Positions 1-12,300 of a stretch of 64,000 nt of DNA are shown in pieces. Both the position numbers and the translations under genes were made by a program. The stretch's first letter is position 1; each line of letters begins with the position of its first letter. The notes beneath the pieces were generated by a model that saw only the letters and a list, made by a program, of their open reading frames with translations, searched no databases and had not been told where the DNA came from. This DNA is from an uncultured Planctomycetota bacterium (GTDB taxonomy: Bacteria; Planctomycetota; Planctomycetia; Isosphaerales; Isosphaeraceae): assembly GCA_963845755.1 (NCBI GenBank), contig CAWJTV010000019.1, forward strand, positions 367,335 to 431,334, in the 5' to 3' direction.

Positions 1-2
1 CC

Positions 3-452
3 AACCGCCAGAAGAACCTGCCTGGCCTTCTGGTCGTTGATGCCGTACCCGCCCCGAGCACCGTCTACCTCGAAGCCATCATGGGCCGGGACACCACGGC
101 GAAACGCGACGATACCGTCAGCCGGACCTCCGAGGAGACGACCCGAGCGCGGTGGCGGATCTTGGGGCTGTTCCGTCGCAACGCCGACACCAATCCCGCC
201 TCACCCTCGTCGCAAGGTCCCGCTAGTCAGCCCGATTCGCCCAACCCGTCGAGTTCCAAGCCAACTGCCTCCTCCGCAACGGTCGCCAAGACCGATCCGA
301 AAGCGTCGGAGAACGCTAAGAAAAGCAGTGTGCCGACGACCCCAGCCACCGCCAAGTCCGATGACGCGGTGCAGAAGACTGCGGCCGATGCACCTCAGCC
401 GCCGCCCCGGCGCCGGCTCCTCGATTTCTTCCGGCGCGGTGATGATGAGTGA
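3..452 (+). CDS. C-terminal part of a hypothetical protein with a low-complexity S/P/T/K-rich tail (5' end outside the window)
   Basis: Frame open from position 3 (NRQKNLPGLLVVDAVPAPSTVYLEAIMGRD...) through ORF 81..452; ends RRRLLDFFRRGDDE. Confidence 0.6.
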   Translation, partial: NRQKNLPGLLVVDAVPAPSTVYLEAIMGRDTTAKRDDTVSRTSEETTRARWRILGLFRRNADTNPASPSSQGPASQPDSPNPSSSKPTASSATVAKTDPKASENAKKSSVPTTPATAKSDDAVQKTAADAPQPPPRRRLLDFFRRGDDE

Positions 453-1242
453 ATTCTCGCCGCCGCCGGCCCGATTGGACGGCGGAACGGCGAATTCATC
501 CATAGCAACGAGACGGACTTGAGTGCCAATAGCTCCCGGAACACCGGAGTCCGGCGGACCCAGGGTCCCCTTGCCACGTATCAATGACAGAGGTCTCGGC
601 TAACGATTGTTCCTGCACCCAGTCACGCTCCAACAGCCGAGAAGCCGGACTCTTGGACCGCCTCGCGAAAAATGTCTAATTTCGCGGTCAACGACGTAAG
701 TCATGCCAGCCGTAGAGACTTCACAAGCCCAATACCCCCCAGGATCGGCCTGCATGGTTGGGCTACCCCTGGCCCATCCTAAAGTCGCACGCTGTGCGGT
801 TCGAATATTAGTCTTGACGGTCAGGTTCGCTACGTCAAGGAGGCAAGCGACACCTCCTTGGAGTAGTTCCCAACCCAGCCGTACCCCGCACGCACCAGAG
901 CGGGGGCTCTCTAGACTTGATCGCAGTGGGGGTCGGGTTCCCCAACCCGGCAGTCCACACACGGGGCAGGGGCATGGGACATCCGTCCTGCGATTCACGG
1001 TCCGCTTGGGCCAGGGATGGCGGGATCGAGGTCGCGGGCCGCGCCCCGGGACGATCAAGGACGGGGGCGGGGTCGGAGCGAATGGCACGATGGCCTCTCT
1101 CGCGGCGACTCGCGCCTGTCCCAGGATGGCGCCGCGGCCTCACCGCCGAGTCGGGTTTGTGACCGCACCGACAAGGTACCTTCCGGAGGGAGGAGGAAAC
1201 CTCCGTGGCCTCGCACCGAACTGGGCGAGTGGAGTCCTCGAG

Positions 1243-1818
1243 ATGAAAAAGGTCTTTACAACCGGACAGGTGGCGAAGATCTGCAAAGTCGCGCCTCGGA
1301 CGGTGAGCAAGTGGTTCGACTCGGGCCGCTTGCGTGGTTATCGAATCCCCGGCTCGCAGGATCGTCGCATCCCGCGGGAGCACCTCCTGCGGTTCCTCAA
1401 GGAGCATGGAATGCCCTTGGGCGACCTCGAAGCCGAGGTTTATCATAAGGTCCTGGTAGTCGGCGCCGACGGGCCGCTCCAGGCCATCCTGCGCGAGCAC
1501 CTTCGCGAGACCGACGATTTCCGTATCGAGACGGCCGCGTCGGGCTTCGAGGCGGGTATTCGCGCCGAGAGTTTCCACCCGGATTGCATCATCATCGATA
1601 TGGCCCTGGGACGAATCGAAGCCGGTCAGATCGCTCAGAATCTTCGCAAGAGCCCGGACCATCAGGGTACGATCCTGCTGGCCCTGACCAGCGATGAGCC
1701 GGGTGACGAGACCTTCGCCCTCGGGTTCAACGACGGGTTCAAGAAGCCGTTCGACGGGGCGCTCCTGGCCGAACGCGTCCGCCGCTTGATCTCGCAGAAG
1801 AAGGCCGAGGAACCCTGA
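1243..1818 (+). CDS. Planctomycete-type response regulator: excisionase-like HTH_17 plus receiver domain
   Basis: MKKVFTTGQVAKICKVAPRTVSKWFDSGRLRGYRIPGSQDRRIP then receiver-like PDCIIID...KPFD; GGAG upstream of ATG 1243. Confidence 0.9.
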   Translation: MKKVFTTGQVAKICKVAPRTVSKWFDSGRLRGYRIPGSQDRRIPREHLLRFLKEHGMPLGDLEAEVYHKVLVVGADGPLQAILREHLRETDDFRIETAASGFEAGIRAESFHPDCIIIDMALGRIEAGQIAQNLRKSPDHQGTILLALTSDEPGDETFALGFNDGFKKPFDGALLAERVRRLISQKKAEEP

Positions 1819-1822
1819 GGAT

Positions 1823-1846
1823 TCCCCGAGCCGGACCGCTCGGGAA
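1823..1846 (+). terminator. Hairpin after the response regulator, possible terminator
   Basis: TCCCCGAGC-CGGACC-GCTCGGGAA just after the stop; no clear U tract. Confidence 0.35.
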
Positions 1847-2110
1847 GGGATGACCTGCCGCGCCGAATTCGAATCGAATCGAATCGATCGGAGCCGAGTC
1901 GCTCGGCCGCAGGCGCGGATGCGGCTGTTCCCTCCCGGGAGGACTACCCGGCCAGGACCTTCACGGCCACTCGCACAGCGTATCGGAATCGCTCCCGAGA
2001 CCGAACCCCGAGACCGGCGAGCCCGAGTGCGCCGCTCCCCTCCACCGGACCAAATCCGGATGGGGACGGCCCTCGGGCTCGATCGTTTTTTGGGGCAGGT
2101 TGTCGGACCG

Positions 2111-2150
2111 AGATTCAGGATTCAGGATTCGAGATTCAGGATTCAGGAAT
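2111..2150. repeat. Short tandem heptamer repeats (GATTCAG/GATTCGA)
   Basis: agattcaggattcaggattcgagattcaggattcagga; a related (GAATC)n run at about 1866-1890. Confidence 0.8.
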
Positions 2151-2318
2151 GATTTAGGCATCTGAGGTGCCCGTCTGCGAATGGTTTTCACCTACCGCCC
2201 GCCGCCTACCGCCGGTTGCAGCCGAGGGCCGCGTTAGGGACACTAGAGGTGGGGTCGGCGGCCGCGGGTTCGCGAGTTCGCCGCGGGCCATCGCGTGGAT
2301 TGCGGGAGCGATGCCAGG

Positions 2319-5300
2319 ATGTCGGGTCGGCGGGGTCGGCTGATCGTCTGGGTGATGTTGGGTCTGGCCATGGTAATTCTGGCCTCGTCGTTGGGGGCCG
2401 GCGCCGGCTGGCTGCGCGCGGTCGCGGAGGCTGGAACTGGCCGAGGCGCCAAGGAGCTGGCGGAGGGGCTGTTGGGCCTGGCACACCAGCGGCTGTCTCG
2501 GCTGGCGGAACGCTTCGGCGAAGACGGTGAGGTGCTCGTGCTCCTGGGCGAGTGCGAGCTGGAGCGGAGCCGAAAAGCTAGCGATCCGGAGCCGCAGCGC
2601 CTGGCCCGTGGGGCGGCGATGGCCGCCTGGGCCCGGGTCCCCTGGTCCAGCCCGTTTTACCCGCGCGCGCGTTGCTCCGCGCCACTCACTTGACCAACAC
2701 CGGCCGGTACGCACCGGCCGAGGAGGCGCTCGTCAGTGCCCTGGCCATCGGACGGCTGAACGCGGGCGATCGGTATGAGCTGGAGCGTGCCTTGAGCCGG
2801 TTGTACCGGTTCCAGGGTCGGGTGGACGACGTCCGTCGCGTCCTCCGCGCCTCGTGGTGCCGATCGCCGGATCCCGCGGGCGTGCTCAAGGAGCTCTGGT
2901 TGCTCGACCGTTCACCCGTGCCCGTCGAGGCCATGCAGCGCTTCCTCGAACACGCCGACGACCAGGACGATCGGGTGTGGCTGGGCCGGGCGAATCACGC
3001 CATCCTCACCGGCCGGTTCTCCGACGCGGCCGGCTGGCTCGAGCCGGCGTTGCAGCATCGGCCCGAGGACCCGGCGGTCTGGCGAGCCAAGCTCGCGCTG
3101 GCACGGGCGACCGACGACGTTGCCGGCCTCCGTTCGGCCGCCGCACATTTGCCCGCCGCCGACTTCGAGCCTGGCGTCATCCACGCACTCCGCGCCTGGC
3201 TGTCCGTCTCCCTGGGCCGGCAGGATCTCGAGCGCCACGAGCTGATCGAGCTGATCCAGGTCGCGCCGGGTGAGGCCTGGGCCATCGAGCGGTTGGCCGT
3301 CCTGACCTTCGAGGCAGGGCAGGTGCGCGAGTTTGAACAGTTCCGTCGTCGCAAGGCGGAGGTCGACCGAGCCCAGGACCGAGTCCGAAGGATCCTCCTC
3401 GACGCCGACCTCTCGGCCCGCGCCGAGGAGCTGGCCCCGCTCTGCCGTGCGCTGGGCCGCGAGTTCGAGGCCCAAAGCTGGTCCCTCGTGCATGAGGCCC
3501 GGGGCCTCGCGCCCGCACGGCCGCCGGGCACCGGGACCAGCTCGGCCCCGGCGATGCCCCACGCGCTGCTCGACCGGGCGATCGCCCTCTCCGCGCCCTA
3601 TGAGTCCGCCAGGCCGCGGGAATCCCGGGCCGGCACGCCGCCGCTCTCGGACCGGATGGCCGATCTCCGCGCGCGGGACGTGGCACCTCGCGAGCGGTCG
3701 GGGACCCCGCGGGATCTCCACGCCACTCGCCCCGCGCCCCGCTTCGTCGACGACGCCGAGGCAACCGGCCTCCGCTTCGCCTTTGACAACGGGCAGACGG
3801 TGCGGCACCTCCTCCCCGAGACCATGTCGGGGGGCGTGGCCTTGCTCGACTTCGATAGCGACGGCTGGCTCGATGTGTACTGCGTTCAGGGCGGATCGCT
3901 TTCGGCCGGGGCCGGCAAAGAACCGGCGGGAACGGGCACCCCCGCGCCAGGCGACCGGCTCTTCCGCAACCGAGGCAACGGCCGCTTCGACGACGTCACC
4001 GAATCCTCCCGGATCGCGGCGATTGCCTGGGGACGCGGTTACGGGCTGGGCGTGTCGGTCGGCGACTACGACAACGACGGCGACCCCGATCTATTCGTGA
4101 CCCGTCTGGCGAGCTATGCGTTGTATCGCAACCGCGGCAATGGGACCTTCGAGGACGCGACCATAGCGGCGGGACTGGCCGGACGCCGTGACAACCCGAC
4201 TTCCGCGGCATTCGCCGACCTGGACAACGACGGCGACCTGGACCTATATGTCTGCCATTACATGTTGTGGGACCCCGAGAATCCGCGCACCTGCTTGAAC
4301 GACGTCGGCGAATACTTCTATTGCGATCCCAGCAAGGTCGAGCCGGCGCCGGACCATCTCTTCCGCAACGACGTCGGCCGGTTCGTAGACGTGACTGAGG
4401 CCGCCGGCCTGGCTGACATCCAGGGCCGCGGCCTGGGTGTCGTCGCCGCCGATCTCGACGACGATCATCTCATCGACCTCTACATCGCCAACGATGGCAC
4501 AGCCAACTACCTGTATCGCAACAAGGGGGGCTTTCGATTCGAGGACGTGGCGCTCGAGGCCGGCGTGGCCGGCAGCGCCTCGGGCGGCTACCAGGCCGGC
4601 ATGGGCGTGGCCTGCGGCGATCTCGACGGCGACGGCCGCCTCGACCTGCTGGTGACCAACTTCTACGGCGAAGGGACCACGCTCTACCGGAATCTGGGCC
4701 AGGGGCTCTTCGCCGATCGCAGCAGTGCGTCGGGCCTCGGGCTGGCCTCGCGCTACCTGCTCGGCTTCGGCATCGGGCTGGCCGACGTCGGCAATGTCGG
4801 ACGGCCCGACGTGCTGATCACCAACGGACACGTCAACGATCGACGGCCGTTCTTCCCTTATGCCATGCCGTGCCGGTTGTATCAGAACCGGCCGGATGGT
4901 CGGCTGGTTGACATCTCGCGGGAGGCCGGTGATCCGTGGCAAGCGGCGCGCGTCGGCCGCGGCCTGGCCGTGGGCGACCTCGACAATGACGGCCGGCCCG
5001 ACGCCCTGATCCTCGCTCAGAACGAGCCCCTGGCCTATTTCCACAACCAGAGCGAGCACGTCGGGCGATTCGTGGTTTTCCGGCTCGAGGGCACGGCCTC
5101 CAACCGTGACGGCGTCGGCGCCCGGCTGACCATCCAGTCCGGCGGCCGCCGCCAGGTGGCGCACCGCGTCGGCGGGAGCAGTTATCAATCGGCCAACGAC
5201 CCTCGAATTCATTTCGGACTGGGCGAGAGCGACCGGGTCGATGCCGTCGAGGTGCGATGGCCCTCCGGCAAGGTGGATCGCCACGAGAACTTGCCCGCGG

Positions 5301-5374
5301 GCACGGGCTACCTGCTCCGTGAGGGCGATCCGAAGCCTCGACCCTTGCCCGGCGTTCGAGCGCTTCAGAGATGA
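2319..5374 (+). CDS. TPR-like + FG-GAP/CRTAC1 + ASPIC/UnbV protein; one frameshift near 2670-2690
   Basis: N-terminal hydrophobic helix in ORF 2295..2693; DFDSDGWLD, DYDNDGDPD, DLDNDGDLD repeats and C-terminal 'SSYQSANDPRIHFGLG...VRWPSG' in ORF 2672..5374. Confidence 0.9.
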
Positions 5375-5662
5375 GTTGCAATCGCCACAACGCGAGTCCG
5401 TCGCGTGGGCAACCCGAGCGTGAGGCGCTCGAGAGCCGTCCACCTGAGAACAGGTGGAATAACAGGTGAGAGGCGATCCGGACAGAGGCGGGATATCTCC
5501 GCAAGTCATTGTGATTCATGGAGTTGCGCCAAGAGCGTGCGGAATTGCGCAAGCCGTTAGCCTACAGGAGTTTCGGGCCGTCTCCCACCCGGCTTTTTCC
5601 GGATCTCCTCTGAAACGACCGGGCGCCTGATCGATTCGAGTTGATGATACATACAGAATTTT

Positions 5663-6265
5663 TCAAGATTCGCTCGCCGATGTACCCGGTTTCTTCCCAG
5701 GCGATCGTGTGACACCTTTCCCATACACCTGAACTGGCGCCGCCTTCCAGATCAAGAATGGCTCTGATCTCGCGATCGGTTTCGAACCGTGTCCGTGCGG
5801 GGCCTTGGGCTTCTGTCTCTTCGAGGGCTTGGGCTTGGGGTGTGGCTTGGGCCTGGGCTTCTGGTGTTTGGTCTTATGCCCGCCCTTGGTTCCGTCGGGC
5901 GTGGAGCGAGAGACGACGAGCTGGAGGATCTCGTATGTGCCGCCGACCCCCGGCCCATGCTCACCGGGGGCCTCCGTGATCCAGAGGTTGCCGTCGGACC
6001 CGGCCGTGATTCCGAGGGTGGTCAGTTGCGTGTCCTTGCGGTCGTTCACATGGAGCTGGGTCGTGAACTTGCTGAACGTACCCGATCGAGTGACGCGTTC
6101 GACGTAGGCCGGTATGAACGCCGTCCTCTGCGTGGCGGTGAACTTGGCCAGCGCCTCATACAGATCCAGCAAATCGTCTCCGAGAGGGGACGCGACCAGG
6201 TCGTCGTCGCGCAGCTCGCGGCGGGCACGTCCCTGGCCGATGCCTGCCCAACCGATCCCGCTCAA
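5663..6265 (-). pseudogene. Chimeric remnant: TIGR02999-like ECF sigma fragment joined to a Vgb-lyase-like repeat and a K/P-rich tail
   Basis: 'RRELRDDDLVASPLGDDLLDLYEALAKF' resembles the ECF sigma linker/region 4 start; 'GITAGSDGNLWITE' is a virginiamycin B lyase-type repeat. Confidence 0.5.
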
Positions 6266-7626
6266 ACCGCGTCGCTCTTCGACGTGAACAGGAAATCGCG
6301 GGCCCGGATCGCGGGGACGATCATCGAGGAGAACTCGTTGCCGCCGGCGCGGACGGCGCGGCTCGTCGCCTCGAGGTTCTTCAAGAGGTTCACCGGGCTG
6401 TCGTTGAACCGGAAGTTATTCACTGGGTGGACGACCTTACCCTTCTCGACCAGCCAGACTCCGTCACGGGTGAGCCCGGTGACGGTGGCGTTGAGGGGGT
6501 TGACCATCCGGATGTACCAGAACCGGCTGACGAGCAGGGCGCGCTCGGTGTCGGCGATGAGGGCGTCGAGCGTCTTGTCGGAGCCCTCGAGGATCAGGCC
6601 GCCGGAGAACGGAACGGGCTCGACCCCGGTCTTCTTGGCCCAGTAACGGTGAACGGGAAGAGTGCGGACGACGCCGTTTTCGATCCAGGTGGCCCGACGG
6701 GCGGGGAGGCCGGGGGGATCGCCGAACCTGCCGGCGTACCGGCCGGCGAAGCCGGCCCATGGGGTGCCGGGGCTGCGGCGGTCGAACGGGTCGGAGAGCA
6801 GGGTCACGCCGTCGGCGAAGACCTTCTCGCCGAGGCGGCTGCCGCCACCGGGCTTCGAGAGGAAGCTCCGCCCCTCGTCAACCGAGCGGGCGTTCATCGA
6901 GAACACCAGCCACATCAGCAGATCGGCGACAGCCTCCGGCTCGAGAATCACGGGGTATCGGCCGGGCGGCAGGTCGCGCGGGTGCGCCGAGGTCTCAGCC
7001 TTGGCCGCGGCGCGTTCGGCCAGCACGGCCGCGTCGACGTCCGCCACCCGCGGCGAGGCGAAGCCCGCGTAGCCCGAGCCGGTGCCATCGGCCGTGCGCA
7101 TCGTGGTCGTATAGGCGGCGAAGGTCGAGCGGTGGAAGCCGAAGTTCCCCTTCTTGTTGGCGATCGCGGCACAGGTCGCCGAGGTCTCGAAGAATCCGGC
7201 GCCGTTGAGCCCGCGGGCGCGGGCGCGGTCCAGCGCCGGCCGGACTCCGTCGCGGCGGCGGGCCGGTCCGGCCGTGGCCGTGGCCTCGTCGTAGGCTGGG
7301 ATCGCGCGATAGTCCTGCCGCCCCAGGCCCTCGACCTGCTCCGGATCGGGCCGCGCCGCGGCCATCAGGGCCTCGCTCCGCACTACCGCCTCGCGGAGCA
7401 GCGAGTCGTCGAGTTCGCCGGTGGTCGACGAGCCGCTCCGACCCCCCTCGCGGCTGGTGATCTGCACTTCGACGGTCCGCGCCGTTCCGGAGGTCGTGAC
7501 CTCGTTAGCGGCGAACCTCGTGTGCCCCTCCTCCGCCAGCCGGAGCGAGACCTCGCACTCGGGGGCCTTCGAAAACGACAGGATGCGGTCGGTCAACGCC
7601 CGCGCCTTCTCATTGGTCCAGGTCAT
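6262..7626 (-). CDS. TldD/PmbA family protein, TldE/PmbA-like subunit
   Basis: TRFAANEVTT, PGRYPVILEPEAV, GLTRDG...NNFRFNDSP; lacks the HExxxH motif. Confidence 0.9.
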   Translation of the reverse strand: MTWTNEKARALTDRILSFSKAPECEVSLRLAEEGHTRFAANEVTTSGTARTVEVQITSREGGRSGSSTTGELDDSLLREAVVRSEALMAAARPDPEQVEGLGRQDYRAIPAYDEATATAGPARRRDGVRPALDRARARGLNGAGFFETSATCAAIANKKGNFGFHRSTFAAYTTTMRTADGTGSGYAGFASPRVADVDAAVLAERAAAKAETSAHPRDLPPGRYPVILEPEAVADLLMWLVFSMNARSVDEGRSFLSKPGGGSRLGEKVFADGVTLLSDPFDRRSPGTPWAGFAGRYAGRFGDPPGLPARRATWIENGVVRTLPVHRYWAKKTGVEPVPFSGGLILEGSDKTLDALIADTERALLVSRFWYIRMVNPLNATVTGLTRDGVWLVEKGKVVHPVNNFRFNDSPVNLLKNLEATSRAVRAGGNEFSSMIVPAIRARDFLFTSKSDAV

Positions 7627-7627
7627 C

Positions 7628-9230
7628 TCAGGCTGTCCTCAGTATGTTGATCTGTCGGAACCGCGCCGGTGCACACCCGTGGCTCATCGCGTTGATCTGG
7701 GGAGGCTGGCCCTTGCCGTCGCGGTCGAGCCCCACGTTCTCCCACAGCGTCTGGCCGCCGATGCCGTCGCACGACGCCCAGAAGTCCGGCGTGCGGCTCT
7801 GATAGGCCACGTCGGCGATCATCCCCCGCACCTTGCCCCCCTTGATCTCCCAGAACGCGTCGCCACCGAACTGGAAGTTGTACCGCTGCTGGTCGATCGA
7901 CCACGAGCCCCGGCCATCGATCAGGATGCCGTCCTCGACGCCCGAGACCAGGTCGTCGAGCGTCACGGGCTTCTCCGATGGCTCGAGCCAGACGTTCGGC
8001 ATCCGCTGGAAGGGCACCGAGGCGTACGAGTCGGCGTAGCAGCAGCCCATCGACTCGGCCTGGCCGATCAGGTGCGCCTGGTCGCGAATCGTCTGGTACC
8101 CCACGAAGATCCCGGCCTTGATGATCGGGAACTGGCGGGTCTTCACGCCGTCATCGTCGTATCCGCAAGTCGAGAGGCTCTCGGGCCGGGTGCGGTCGCC
8201 GTTGAAGTTGACGATGTCGGACCCGACGCGGAACTTGCCGAGCTTGTCCGTCGTCAGGAATGATGTGCCGGCGTAGTTGGCCTCGTAGCCGAGCGCCCGG
8301 TCGAGCTCGGTGGAGTGGCCGATCGACTCGTGGATTGTTAGCGAGAGGTGGGTCGGCAGCAGGACGAGGTCCTTGACGCCGGGCGAGACCGAAGGCGCCT
8401 TCAAGTGCGCGACGGCCTCCTCGCCGATCCTGCGGCGCGGCCGATCATGTCGGCCCGCTCGACCACCTCGTAGCCGGCGCAGACCGAGTGGGCGCGTAGT
8501 ATCGCGACTTGATCTTACGGCCGGCCTCGACGGCGTTCGCGGTGATGTACGGCGAGATCTGGTAGATGTGCTGCTCGATGACGCTCCCCTCGGTCGAGGC
8601 GAAGAAGCGGTCCTCGAGGCGGGCATCGATCCACCCCATGACCGAGAAGACGCCGGCAACCGACCGCGCATTCTCGGCGGCGGCGCGGAGCAGCTCGAGC
8701 TTCTGCTCGATCGGGACGGAGAAGGGGTCGGTGACGACCTTCGTCCGGTAGGTGTCGCGATAGGATGGCGTGGCGGCCAGCTCGATCGGCCGGCGGCGCA
8801 GCGGGGCATTGGCGCGAGCGATCTCGACGGCCTCGGCCGCCGCGCGGGCGATGGCGTCGCGCGTGACCTCGTAGGACGCCGAGAAGCCCCAGGCGCCGTC
8901 GGCCAGCACGCGGAGGCCGAAGCCGAACGAGCCGTCGTCCGAGACGGTCGGGACCTCGACCGGCTTGCCCGTGGCGCGGTCGGCCTGGACCCGGAGGCGG
9001 ACCGACTGTTCGCGGTAGCGATTGATGCGGATGTCGGCATAGGACGCGCCGGCGGCCCTGGCCCGCTCCATGGCGAACGCCGTCAACTCGGCCAGCCGGT
9101 CGGGGTCGAACGCCGCGGCCAGGGCGCCGGCCCTCGCCGACTCCCAGCCGCCGGCGCCCAGCGCCGTCCAGGCCGCCGCACCCGCACCGCAACGGCCCAA
9201 GAACGCCCGTCGAGACTCCATCACGGTCAC
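7628..9230 (-). CDS. TldD/PmbA family metalloprotease (TldD-like) with Tat signal; frameshift near 8440-8490
   Basis: SRRAFLGRCGAGAAAW Tat-type N-terminus; HESIGHSTELDRALGYEANYAGTSF; DGKGQP...SHGC; split over ORFs 8445..9230 and 7628..9040. Confidence 0.9.
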
Positions 9231-9369
9231 CTCCTTCGCGCAGAAGAAAGTCGGTCAGGCTTTCCAGCTTGGCGGGATCTGATCCAGGATCATGCCCGTC
9301 ACCGGCTCTTGTCCGAATCAGGCCCACCTGCGCTCGAGCCGAGTTGGACAATCACCCGATGTCGTCCCG

Positions 9370-12300
9370 TCAAATCCCGGAGCTTGCGATCGCGGACTTG
9401 GTCAATTTGGGCGCACTCATGGTGCTGGCCAGGTAGTCAGGATCGCCACTGTACACGATCGTCAGCGGCTTTTTCAACATCTGGTTGGATTTGAATGTCA
9501 ACGTGGCCTCGCCGTCACTCAACTCCGCGGTCCCGAGCGTCTTCACCGTGACCTTCTTTCCGTGCTTCTTGACGAACTCGAAGGTGACCTGCCCCGTAGG
9601 CACCATCCCGCCGGGGACCACCGGCTCGATCTCTGCCGTCAGGACAAACCTCTTGAGCGTCTTCTTCCCCTTGAGGACCACGGGTGGCACCAGGACGATC
9701 CCGGTGGCCGCCTGGCTGACCGACTCGGCCGCCGTGCTCGACTTCACATCGAGGAAGTCGGTGCTGCCGTTGTAGGTCGCCGTGATCGCGTGCGAGCCCA
9801 GGCTCAAGGTGGAGATCGTCACCGCAGCCTGGCCGGAGCCGTCCAGCGGGACGGTGGCCAGCGGAGTGGCGCCGTCGGCGAAGGTGACCGTCCCGACCGG
9901 CGCGCCGCCGGCGGAGTTCACCGTCGCGACGAAGGTGACGGCCTGTCCGTAGACGGGTGAGCTGATCGGAGACGTCAGCAGGATCGTCGCAGCGGCCGGC
10001 GCGATCACGAAGGCGGCGGACTCCGAGTGGGCCGCGGCGTAATCGGCGCTGCCCGGGAAGCGGGCCACGACGGTGTAGGTCGCGGCGGCGGAAGGCGCCG
10101 CCGAGCCAAGGTCCGTGCCCGAAGTGCCGGTTCCGGCGTAATACGTCAGGGTCGGCATGACGCCTTCCAGGCTCCGGGCCGCCGGGCCATTGACACCCGT
10201 CACGCTGGCCGTTGCCGCGATCGGCGAGCCGGCGTAGGTCCCGCCCGGGTCGCTGACGGTCACTGCGGGCGTGGCCGGGGTGATGCCCAGGGAACTGCTG
10301 GTGAAGTGGATCGTGTAGTTGCTGTCGGCCGTGAGAGTTCCCTGGCCGATCGCGTAGGGACTGTCCGAGACCGTCTCGCCGGCCGCCCGCGCCAGCGAGC
10401 CGGTGAGGACCGTCGCGGCGGTATCCGAGAACTGGAAGCCGCTGGAAGTATAGCCCAACGTCGGGTCCGGCGAGCCGAAGACCTTGGTCTCGGGACCGGC
10501 CACGATCGTTAGCGTCGCTGGGGTGATGGTCAGGGTGTTGCCGGTGAAGGTCATCGTGTAGTTGCTGGCCGCGAGCGTCCCCTGGGTGATCGCGTAGGGG
10601 CCGCCGGATACCGTCTCGCCGGCCGCCCGTGCCAGGTGGCCCGTCAGCGCCGATGCGGCGGTGTCGTCGATTGTCACCCCATCGACCGTCGTGTTGATGA
10701 GGCCGGACACGGTGTCGGTCAGGCTGGGGTCGGCCGCGCCGTAGACCTCGGTCTGGGAATCAGCCGTGACCGTCAAGGGCGCCGGGGTGACGGCCAGCCT
10801 GCTGCCCGTGAAGGCGATCGTGTAGTTGCTGTTCGCCGCGAGCGTGCCCTGGGCGATCGCGTAATCGCCCACCTGCTCTCCGGCCAGCGTGCCCGACTGG
10901 GCCCGGGCGAGCGCACCGGTCAACACAGTCGCAGCGGTATCGTCGATCGCCACTCCGTCCACCGAGGTATCAATCAAGCCGGTTGCTGAGTCGGTCAATC
11001 TCGGGTCCTCAGTGCCGTAGACCTTGGTCTGGGGATTGGCGGTGACCGTCAAGGTCGCGGGGTTGATCGTCAGCGTGCTGCCGGTGAACGCGATCGTGTA
11101 ATTGCTGTCGGCGGCGAGCGTGTCCTGGGTGATCGCGTAATCGCCGACCTCCTCTCCGGCCAGAGTGCCCGATTCGGCGCGGGCCAGGTTGCCGGTCAGG
11201 ACCGAAGCAGCGGTGTCGGAGAACGCGAAGCCGCTGGCGGTGTAGGCCAGCGCCGGGTCGGCGGTACCGTAGACTTTGGTCTCGGGGTTCGCCGTGATGG
11301 TGAGCGTCGCCGGAGTGATCGTCAGGCTGCTGGACATGGTGGCGGAGGCGAAGGTCCCGTCGCTGGTATAGGCATAATTGACCGTGTCGGGCGAGCCGGT
11401 GACGGTGAGGCCGTCGGCATTGAAGGTGGTGGAGAAGGCGCCGTCGGATCCGATGGTGGCCGACTGCTCGACGCCGTCGAGGGTCACGGCGATGGTCTCG
11501 CCCACCGGGGCTTGTGAGCCGTCGGCCAGCGTACCGGAAATGGTCACGCTGGAGGTGCCGTAGGTGATGCTCGGGTCGCTGATTCCCGAGAAGGTCAGCG
11601 CGATGAGTGGGGATCCCTGGGTCTGGAAGGCACCGATGTCCGGATTGGGGGAGTCGAGCGGAAGGCCGCGCTGATCGGTGGTGATCGGCGTGGTGGTGCC
11701 CGGGTAGTCGGCGATCACACCCGCGCCGATGGCCGGGCTGCCGGGGAGCAGAGCGAGGGTCTGGGTCGGCCCGCCATTGTTGCCCAGCGGGGCCAGGCCG
11801 AGCTCCGTGAGGCTGGTCAAGACGATGTTGCCGTCGACCCCATTGGTCAGCCCCCCCGAGCCGCCGGTGCCGATCAGGTTGTCGCTGCCCGAGACGTTGG
11901 TACCAGCGATGTCGCTGGCGCCGACGGAACTGGTGTTGCCGGCGACGATGGTGTTGGTCAGGGTGGCCGGGCCGGCCGGGATGTTCCCGTAGCCGTAGTT
12001 GGCCAGACCGCCGCCGCCCCCGGGAGCGGCGGCGTTGCCGCTGACGGTGCAGTCGGTCAGGTTGGCCGTCGCGATATAATTGAACACGCCGCCGCCGAAG
12101 CCGCCGGCGTTGCCGCTGACGGTGCAGTCGGTCAGGTTGGCCGTCGCGTAACGGTTTGCAAGGCCGCCGCCGTAGCCGGCGTTGTTGCCGCTGAGGGTGC
12201 AGCCGGTGAGCGTCGCCATGCCGCCGTTTAATAGACCGCCGCCAGAGCCAGCGGTATTGCCGCTGAGGGCGCAGTCGGTCAGGTTGGCCGTGCCGCCATT

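Noticed and set aside
703..1242. Long N-terminal extension of the response regulator ORF
   Set aside because: Non-protein-like composition; the family start MKKVFTTG with an RBS is at 1243.
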